From Paracoccus suum (GTDB lineage: Bacteria; Pseudomonadota; Alphaproteobacteria; Rhodobacterales; Rhodobacteraceae): DNA of 32,000 bases. The position numbers and the translations under genes were made by a program. Numbering within the stretch: the first letter of the stretch is position 1; every line of letters begins with the position of its first letter. The stretch is from NCBI RefSeq assembly GCF_003324675.1, contig NZ_CP030918.1:210001-242000 (forward strand). The letters are read 5' to 3'. Below, one piece after another: positions 26,161 through 32,000 of this stretch. Below the pieces are notes generated by a model that saw nothing but the letters and a program-made list of their open reading frames with translations, did no database searches and was not told where the DNA came from.

Positions 26161-27009
26161 CTAGGCTGGCAAAACGGCGCTTATCACCCGGTCCCGACCG
26201 TCCAGATCCTTGAGCGTGGCGATCTGAACCAGACCCGCTTCCGCGAACAGCTTTCCGACCGCATTTGTCTGCGTTGGGCCAATCTCGACCAGCAAGCGGC
26301 CACCTCCGGTCAGATGCGCCGCCGCCCCCCCGGCAATCGCGCGGTAGGCGCCGAGGCCGTCGCCTCCATCGGTCAGGGCCATCGCCGGCTCCCATAGGCG
26401 AACCTCGGGCGAGAGCCCGGGCATTTCATCGGCGGCGATGTAAGGCGGGTTCGAGATGATCAGATCGAAGTGACCGTTTATTGCGTCGAACCAATCCGCC
26501 TCGATCAGTCGAGCGCGGTCGGTCAGTCCCAGCGCCTGCGCATTGCTGCGCGCCACCGCCAGCGCGGCAGCCGAGCGGTCGGTGCCAAGCCCTGTTGCGT
26601 CGGTTTGTTCGGCCAGCAGCGTCAGCAGGATCACCCCGGTCCCGGTGCCGAGGTCCAGAAGGCGCGAAAACGGCGCCTCCAGCGCGGCGGCGATCAGGGT
26701 TTCCGTCTCCGGACGGGGGTCGAGTGTGTCTTGCGTCACGCGAAACGACCGGCCCCAGAACAGCCGCTGGCCGATGATCTGGGCCACCGGGCGACGCGCC
26801 AGCCGCGCGCTGAGCGCGGCATCGAGGCGGGCCGCCGCCTCCAGCGGCAAAGGGTCGCGCGCCAGCAGCGTCAGCCGCCCGGAATCGCAGCCTAGCGCGT
26901 GGGCCATCAGCCGCCGGGCATCGCCGGGCGCGTCCGGGATCGCAGCCTCGGTCAGGTCTGCGGTAATACGCCGCAGGGCATCGGCGACGGTGTAGGGCGG
27001 CAGGGTCAT
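26161..27009 (-). CDS. prmC: Peptide chain release factor N5-glutamine methyltransferase
   Basis: LDLGTGTGVI SAM motif, catalytic NPPY (IISNPPYI), and F.V....L.PRPETE. ATG at 27009 is preferred over the TTG at 27117. Confidence 0.9.
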   Translation of the reverse strand: MTLPPYTVADALRRITADLTEAAIPDAPGDARRLMAHALGCDSGRLTLLARDPLPLEAAARLDAALSARLARRPVAQIIGQRLFWGRSFRVTQDTLDPRPETETLIAAALEAPFSRLLDLGTGTGVILLTLLAEQTDATGLGTDRSAAALAVARSNAQALGLTDRARLIEADWFDAINGHFDLIISNPPYIAADEMPGLSPEVRLWEPAMALTDGGDGLGAYRAIAGGAAAHLTGGGRLLVEIGPTQTNAVGKLFAEAGLVQIATLKDLDGRDRVISAVLPA

Positions 27010-27120
27010 GGTGCGAGAGACATCCCCAGGAGCGGGCCAGGGCCGTTGCGGATTAAGAGGAAGCGCGAGCAGAACAGCGTGAGGATAGGCCAGGCGAACG
27101 TGCCCCGCCGCATGCAAGGC

Positions 27121-27642
27121 TTAGCCGCGCGCCATTTCGCGCTTCAGCTTTTCCATCTTGCGGGTAATCATCTGCCGCTTCATCGGGCCGATGTGGTCGA
27201 TGAACAACTTGCCGTTCAGGTGGTCGATCTCGTGCTGCACGCAGGTCGCCCACAGCCCGTCGAACTCGCGCTCATGCGTGGCACCATCGAGGCCGGTCCA
27301 GCGCACGCGGACCTCCGCCGGGCGGGTCACCTCGGCGTAGTGGTCCGGGATCGACAGGCAGCCCTCCTCATAGACGTTCTGGGCCTCGGACGACCATTCG
27401 ACCTGCGGATCGATCAGGACCATGGGCTGGCGCTCGGCCGTGGGGTCCTTGGTGCAGTCCATGACCAGCAGGCGCGACAGCACGCCGACCTGCGGCGCTG
27501 CAAGACCAATGCCGGGGGCGTCATACATGGTGGCCAGCATGTCGGCGGCCAGCGCATCGATATCGGGGGTCACGCGGCCGACCTCGGCGCAGGTCTTGCG
27601 CAGGCGCAGGTCGGGATGCAGCAGGATAGAGCGCAGATTCAT
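27121..27642 (-). CDS. def: Peptide deformylase (canonical)
   Basis: All three motifs are intact: GIGLAAPQ, EGCLS and QHEIDH. It also has a basic C-terminal helix, PMKRQMITRKMEKLKREMARG. Confidence 0.95.
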   Translation of the reverse strand: MNLRSILLHPDLRLRKTCAEVGRVTPDIDALAADMLATMYDAPGIGLAAPQVGVLSRLLVMDCTKDPTAERQPMVLIDPQVEWSSEAQNVYEEGCLSIPDHYAEVTRPAEVRVRWTGLDGATHEREFDGLWATCVQHEIDHLNGKLFIDHIGPMKRQMITRKMEKLKREMARG

Positions 27643-27747
27643 GGCGGTGATCTAGGCCAGCCATTTCCCTTCTGCAACGACCCCGCTAACCTCCGGCCCT
27701 GTCGGCCCTGCGCGTTGGGCCGGACAGATGCGTGCTGGGAGGACAGG

Positions 27748-28932
27748 ATGGCGCAACCGGATTTCGACGAGATCATCGAGCGGCGTGGCTCGCTCTGCTC
27801 CAAATGGGACGACATGAAGTCCTATTATCCGGTCCCCGACCAGAACGCGCTGGCGATGTGGGTCGCCGACATGGACTTTCGCCCGCCGGCCGCCGTGACG
27901 GCGGCGCTTCGGGACACCATCGACCACGGCATCTTTGGCTATCCGGGCGCGAATACGCCCTATCTCGACTCGATCCGCTGGTGGATGGCCAACCGCCACG
28001 GCTGGGACATCCCGCGCGAGGCGATTCTGTCGGCGCACGGGCTGGTGAACGGTACCGCCCTTGCCGTCCAAGCCTTTACCGAGCCGGATGACGCGGTGAT
28101 CCTGACCACCCCGGTCTATCACGCCTTCGCCCGCATCATCAAAGCCTCGGGCCGCACGGTCACCGAACTGCCGCTGGCCAACGACGATGGCCGCTACAAT
28201 TTCGACTGGCCGGCGTGGGAGAGCGTGCTAACGGGACGCGAGCGCATGTTCATCCTGTGCTCACCGCACAACCCGGGCGGTCGGGTCTGGTCCAAGGCCG
28301 AACTGCGCGAGGTCGCCGATTTCTGCCGCGCCCATGACCTGATCCTTGTCAGCGACGAAATTCACCATGACCTGGTGCTGCCCGGCAGCCCGGCGCATCA
28401 CGTCACCGCGACGGTCGCGCCGGACATCGCCGACCGGCTGGTCACGCTGACCGCGGCGACCAAGACGTTTAACATCGCCGGCGCGCACATCGGCAACGCG
28501 ATCATCACCGATCCCGACCTGCGGGCCCGCTATGCGGCACAGATGATGGCACTGGGCATCTCGCCGGGCCTGTTCGGCCTGCCGATGGTGACCGCCGCCT
28601 ACTCGCCCGAAGGCGCGGCATGGGTCGATGCCCTCAACGCCTATCTCGACGGTAACCGACAGCTGTTCGACGCCGGGGTCGATGCGATCCCCGGCGTTTC
28701 CTCGATGCCGCTGCAGGCGACCTACCTCGCCTGGGTCGACCTGTCGGGCACCGGCATGTCGCCCGAGGAATTCAACGCCCGGATCGAGCGTCAGGCCGGC
28801 ATCGCCGCCAACCACGGCAGCAGCTTCGGCGCGGGCGGCGAGAGCTTCGTGCGCTTCAACCTCGCGACGCCCCGCGCCCGCGTGGCCGAGGCGGTCGAGC
28901 GGCTGCAGGCAGCCTTTGCCGATCTGCAGTGA
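27748..28932 (+). CDS. PLP-dependent C-S lyase / aminotransferase of the MalY/PatB family (cystathionine beta-lyase-like)
   Basis: FDEIIERRGS.CSKWD, VADMDF..P, LCSPHNPGGRVW and SDEIH.DL; the likely PLP lysine lies in ATKTFNIAG. GGAGGACAGG precedes the ATG at 27748. The 677 aa track ORF is 5'-extended. Confidence 0.88.
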   Translation: MAQPDFDEIIERRGSLCSKWDDMKSYYPVPDQNALAMWVADMDFRPPAAVTAALRDTIDHGIFGYPGANTPYLDSIRWWMANRHGWDIPREAILSAHGLVNGTALAVQAFTEPDDAVILTTPVYHAFARIIKASGRTVTELPLANDDGRYNFDWPAWESVLTGRERMFILCSPHNPGGRVWSKAELREVADFCRAHDLILVSDEIHHDLVLPGSPAHHVTATVAPDIADRLVTLTAATKTFNIAGAHIGNAIITDPDLRARYAAQMMALGISPGLFGLPMVTAAYSPEGAAWVDALNAYLDGNRQLFDAGVDAIPGVSSMPLQATYLAWVDLSGTGMSPEEFNARIERQAGIAANHGSSFGAGGESFVRFNLATPRARVAEAVERLQAAFADLQ

Positions 28933-29489
28933 TCGTCCTGGCGGTCATCGCCATGTGGCTGCTGCTGGCGTTCTGGCAGGGCCTTGTCGATCTGCCCGGC
29001 GATCTCAAGGACTGGTTGCCGGATCTGCGTCCGCCGGAAATCAGCGTGCCCTCGGGCCCGCTGAAGGGCACGGTCGACCGAATCGTGATCGACAAGTCCG
29101 ACCGGATGCTGATCGCGGTACAGGACGGCAAGCCGGCCCGCGTCTATACCGTGGCGCTGGGCAAGTCGCCTGAGGGCGACAAGCAGCGCCAGGGCGATGG
29201 CCGCACGCCCGAAGGCATCTACCACGTCGATCGCCGCAACGACCGCAGCCAGTTCCACCTGTCCCTTGGCATCGACTATCCCAAGCCCGACGAGCGGGCG
29301 CGCGCCAAGGCCGCGGGCATCGATCCGGGCGGCGATATCTTCATCCACGGCCAGCCCAATGGCCGCGTCGCCCCGGGGTATCGAATCACGACCGACTGGA
29401 CCGACGGCTGCGTGGCCCTGTCCGACGGCGAGATCGAAGAGCTGTTCGCCGCCACCCCTGTCGGCACGGAAGTCGAGATCCGGCCATGA
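28929..29489 (+). CDS. L,D-transpeptidase-fold protein (YafK-like), membrane-anchored
   Basis: N-terminal TM helix. DKSDRMLIAV..G....Y.VALG..P.G.K...GDGRTPEGIY and IFIHG...TDGCVAL (His/Cys catalytic pair). GTGA overlap with the upstream stop. Confidence 0.8.
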   Translation: MIVLAVIAMWLLLAFWQGLVDLPGDLKDWLPDLRPPEISVPSGPLKGTVDRIVIDKSDRMLIAVQDGKPARVYTVALGKSPEGDKQRQGDGRTPEGIYHVDRRNDRSQFHLSLGIDYPKPDERARAKAAGIDPGGDIFIHGQPNGRVAPGYRITTDWTDGCVALSDGEIEELFAATPVGTEVEIRP

Positions 29490-30235
29490 CCACGCCCTCA
29501 GACGCCGCACGCCAGCATTTCAGCACCGGGGGCGCCGATTACGCCACCTTTCGCCCGCGCTGGCCGCGCGCCATGGCCGAAGCTTTGGCGGCGGCGGCGC
29601 CCAAACGCAGCCTTGCCGTCGATGTCGGCTGCGGCAGCGGCCAGTTGACGACGCAACTCGGGCCGCTGTTCGATTGCGTCCTCGGCTTTGATGTCTCACC
29701 CGACCAGCTGGCGGCAGCCGAACCAGCGGCCGGCGTAATCTACGCGGCAGCGGCGGCCGAGGCGCTGCCGGTGTGCGACGGCACGGCGGCGCTGATCACC
29801 GTCGCGCAGGCGGCCCACTGGCTCGACCTGCCGCGCTTTTACGCCGAGGCCGTGCGCATCGCCCGCCCCGGCGCGCTGCTGGCCCTGGCAAGCTATGGCC
29901 CGGCCGAGGTGGATGGCCCCCTCGCCCCGGCCTTTGCCCGCCTGCGCGACGTCGTCGCCGGCCATTGGCCGGCTGAGCGTATCCATGTCGAGACAGGCTA
30001 TCGCGACCTGCCCTTCCCCTTCCCGCCCGTCGATCTGCCACGGCTGGCGATCGAGGTCTGCTGGCCCGCCGAGCAGTTGTCCGGCTATGTCGAGACCTGG
30101 TCCGGCACTCGCCGGGCCCGCGCCGCCGGTGACGGCGCCGGCATCGACGCCTTTGCCGCCGCAGTCCGCGCGGCCGCGGGCAGCGAGGTGCACCTGCGAT
30201 TTCCGATTGCGGTCAGGGCCGGCCGGATCGGCTGA
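29486..30235 (+). CDS. Class I SAM-dependent methyltransferase, substrate unknown
   Basis: VDVGCGSGQLT (motif I), then ...GFDVS..Q and ...D....ALITVAQAAHW. ATGA overlap with the upstream stop. Confidence 0.8.
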   Translation: MTTPSDAARQHFSTGGADYATFRPRWPRAMAEALAAAAPKRSLAVDVGCGSGQLTTQLGPLFDCVLGFDVSPDQLAAAEPAAGVIYAAAAAEALPVCDGTAALITVAQAAHWLDLPRFYAEAVRIARPGALLALASYGPAEVDGPLAPAFARLRDVVAGHWPAERIHVETGYRDLPFPFPPVDLPRLAIEVCWPAEQLSGYVETWSGTRRARAAGDGAGIDAFAAAVRAAAGSEVHLRFPIAVRAGRIG

Positions 30236-30315
30236 GGCCTCGGTCCCCCATTTTAATCCCGGTTGCGACAGCGGCGGTCATTCCCTCAACGCGGCTTCCA
30301 TGGCAAAACCGCGTC

Positions 30316-30822
30316 ATGAGCGACGCGCTGCCAGACTGCCCCCCGCCCCCGACATCCGGCGCCGTTCGGCCCGTCGTGCAATATCCCGACCCCGCGTTGC
30401 GCCAAGTCTGTGTCGGCCTGCCGGATGATCCGGAAGCGCTCGCGCTGGACATGCTCGCCACCATGTATGCTGCGCCGGGCCGTGGCCTCGCCGCGCCGCA
30501 ACTCGGTTTGCCGTGGCGGATGTTCGTCATGGATGTCGACTGGAAGTCCGGTAGCCCGGCACCGTTGATCGCCCTCGACCCCGCGCTCAGCGATCCCTCG
30601 GCCGAGACCGTGACCCGGTCCGAGGGCTGCCTGTCAATCGCCGACCACCCGGTCCTCGTGACCCGCCCGGCCGAGGTGACGCTGCACTGGACCGACCTCG
30701 CCGGCAACCGCCGCAGTCAGCGCCTCACCGGCGTTGCCGCCACCTGCGCTCAGCACGAATACGACCATCTGGACGGAATCCTGATCCTCGATCACGAGCG
30801 CCCCGAGGATGCCGAAGCATGA
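30316..30822 (+). CDS. Peptide deformylase paralog 2: catalytic motifs present, C-terminal helix absent
   Basis: GRGLAAPQ (Arg at the usually hydrophobic motif-1 position), EGCLS and QHEYDH are present. The protein ends about 17 aa after the HExxH with the acidic tail ERPEDAEA. A 16 aa Pro-rich N-terminal extension is present. No obvious SD. Confidence 0.85.
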   Translation: MSDALPDCPPPPTSGAVRPVVQYPDPALRQVCVGLPDDPEALALDMLATMYAAPGRGLAAPQLGLPWRMFVMDVDWKSGSPAPLIALDPALSDPSAETVTRSEGCLSIADHPVLVTRPAEVTLHWTDLAGNRRSQRLTGVAATCAQHEYDHLDGILILDHERPEDAEA

Positions 30823-31316
30823 TCCGCCCCGTGCTGCCCTATGACGATCCGCGCCTGCGCCGCCCGGCCGAGCCGGTGGCCGAGGTCACCGAAACCGTGC
30901 GCATGATCTGGGATGACATGATCGACACGATGGAGGCGATGCCCGGAGTGGGCCTCGCCGCGCCGCAGATCGGGATCATGCTGCGCCTTGCGGTGGTAGA
31001 TGCCAGCGAAAAGCGCGGGCAAGCGGTACGCATGGCCAACCCCGAGGTGCTGCACGCCAGCATCCACAGCCGCGCTCATGACGAGGCGAGCCCGCATTTG
31101 CCCGGCGTCTCGGCCCGGATCGAGCGGCCGCGCGCAGTCACCGTGCGGTTCCTCAACGATCAGGGCGAGGTCGAGGAGCGCGATTTCGTCAGTCTCTGGG
31201 CGACCAGCGTCCAGCACCAGATCGACCATCTGAATGGCAAGTTGTATGTCGATCACCTGTCCCCCCTGCGGCGCAAGATGCTGGTGGCCCGCTCGGCCAA
31301 ACTGGGCCGCAAGTGA
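30819..31316 (+). CDS. Peptide deformylase-like paralog 3, predicted catalytically inactive
   Basis: Motif 1 GVGLAAPQ is intact. Motif 2 EGCLS is replaced by EASPH (Ser codon AGC at 31089-31091 where the Cys ligand should be). Motif 3 reads QHQIDH (CAG at 31218-31220 replaces the catalytic Glu). The basic C-terminal helix [19 protein letters not shown] is retained. ATGA overlap with paralog 2. Confidence 0.85.
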   Translation: MIRPVLPYDDPRLRRPAEPVAEVTETVRMIWDDMIDTMEAMPGVGLAAPQIGIMLRLAVVDASEKRGQAVRMANPEVLHASIHSRAHDEASPHLPGVSARIERPRAVTVRFLNDQGEVEERDFVSLWATSVQHQIDHLNGKLYVDHLSPLRRKMLVARSAKLGRK

Positions 31317-31353
31317 AGGGGCGCCGCCGCGAGGATCGCTTGGGGGACACCGT

Positions 31354-32000
31354 ATGCGAGTGATCGTCATGGGAACGCCCGATTTCACCGTCCCTGCCCT
31401 GCGCGCCCTCGCCGCCCGGCATGACGTCGTCTGCGTCTATTCCCAGCCGGCGCGCCCGGCGGGCCGAGGACAGGTGCCACGACCCTCGCCCGTCGCACGC
31501 GCGGCGGAGGCGCTTGGGATCGAGGTGCGCACCCCGGCCAAGCTGCGCGACGCCCCGGCGCAGGCTGAATTCGCCGCACTGGGCGCAGATGTCGCGGTGG
31601 TCGCGGCCTATGGCCTGATCCTGCCGCAAGCGATCCTCGACGCCCCGCGTCTCGGGTGCCTGAACATCCACGCCTCGCTGCTGCCGCGTTGGCGCGGCGC
31701 CGCACCGATCCACCGCGCGATCCTTGCCGGCGATGCCGAGACCGGGGTCGCCATCATGCAGATGGAGGCCGGCCTCGATACCGGCCCGGTGCTGGCCGAG
31801 GCGCGCACCACAATCTGTCCGCAGGACACCACCGCCGATCTGCATGATCGGCTTTCGGCCATGGGGGCGGAATTGATCGTCGATGTACTGGATCGCCTGC
31901 CCCTGCCGGCAGTGCCGCAACCTGCCGAGGGCGTCACCTATGCAGCCAAGATCGACAAGGCCGAGGCGCGGATCGACTGGTCCCGTCCGGCGGCCGAGGT
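31354..32000 (+). CDS. fmt: Methionyl-tRNA formyltransferase, N-terminal about 215 aa; continues off the right edge
   Basis: Edge ORF, absent from the track. My translation from the ATG at 31354 gives [19 protein letters not shown]...[12 protein letters not shown]...[30 protein letters not shown]...LDTGP, the canonical Fmt motifs. Confidence 0.93.
   Translation, partial: MRVIVMGTPDFTVPALRALAARHDVVCVYSQPARPAGRGQVPRPSPVARAAEALGIEVRTPAKLRDAPAQAEFAALGADVAVVAAYGLILPQAILDAPRLGCLNIHASLLPRWRGAAPIHRAILAGDAETGVAIMQMEAGLDTGPVLAEARTTICPQDTTADLHDRLSAMGAELIVDVLDRLPLPAVPQPAEGVTYAAKIDKAEARIDWSRPAAE

Noticed and set aside
26141-26164. GGCGG-N8-CCGCC hairpin at the prmC stop, considered as an intrinsic terminator
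   Set aside because: The stem is only 5 bp, and the U-run lies in the loop rather than after the stem, so it is not a convincing terminator.
27010-27117. Upstream TTG start giving a 318 aa PrmC that would begin 3 nt after the def stop
   Set aside because: The extra 36 aa (HAAGHVRLAYPHAVLLALPLNPQRPW...) have no counterpart in PrmC N-termini. MTLPPYTVADALRRI from the ATG at 27009 fits the family. The extension remains possible but is less likely.
30289-30314. 6-bp stem (ACGCGG/CCGCGT) abutting the def2 start codon, considered as a possible translational control element
   Set aside because: The stem is short, the loop is 14 nt, and no SD is involved. It is too weak to call without comparative data.
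1-32000. Searched for tRNA/rRNA genes, IS elements, integrases, toxin-antitoxin pairs, restriction or defence genes, and a compositionally odd (AT-rich) island
   Set aside because: None found. Every gap longer than about 100 nt is a divergent promoter region or the prmC-DUF4167 spacer. Composition looks uniform by eye. Without tools I cannot exclude small RNAs.

Overview
GC-rich (about two-thirds G+C by eye) chromosomal core segment. Gene content and order look alphaproteobacterial, most like Rhodobacterales; that assignment is inference only. I can support 36 protein-coding genes, tightly packed with many 1-4 nt stop/start overlaps. I see no rRNA, tRNA, CRISPR array, transposase, integrase or prophage signal. 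The 'M' that opens an ORF in the supplied track is sometimes TTG or GTG (for example 1215, 9135, 17065, 28929). Several track ORFs carry false 5' extensions, which I trimmed using start codons, RBS-like purine runs and stop/start overlaps.

Gene order, left to right:
- sugar transferase (partial, minus strand)
- Nfu-type Fe-S protein, tsaB, rimI
- nucleoside-salvage operon: BMP-family binding protein, double ATPase, two permeases, purine nucleoside phosphorylase
- selU and an L,D-transpeptidase (minus strand)
- SGNH esterase, group III truncated haemoglobin, small VOC protein
- DUF815 ATPase, tatC, tatB, tatA (minus strand)
- membrane retropepsin-like protease
- holC, pepA (minus strand)
- lptF, lptG, lptD, surA, pdxA, rsmA
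- DUF4167 protein, prmC, def (minus strand)
- PatB/MalY C-S lyase, YafK-like L,D-transpeptidase, SAM methyltransferase, def paralog 2, def paralog 3, fmt (partial)

This is a housekeeping region, not an obvious accessory or defence island, and I found no convincing novel multi-gene system. The best candidate for something undescribed is the translationally coupled deformylase paralog pair upstream of fmt. One copy keeps the catalytic motifs but lacks the C-terminal ribosome-anchoring helix. The other keeps the helix but has lost the metal-binding Cys and the catalytic Glu.

Secondary leads:
- a GAAC-N7-GAAC (alphaproteobacterial LexA-box-like) direct repeat just upstream of the VOC gene
- the repeat-rich DUF4167 protein and its long leader
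- the DUF815 ATPase coupled to tatC
- a hairpin that sequesters the surA ribosome-binding site
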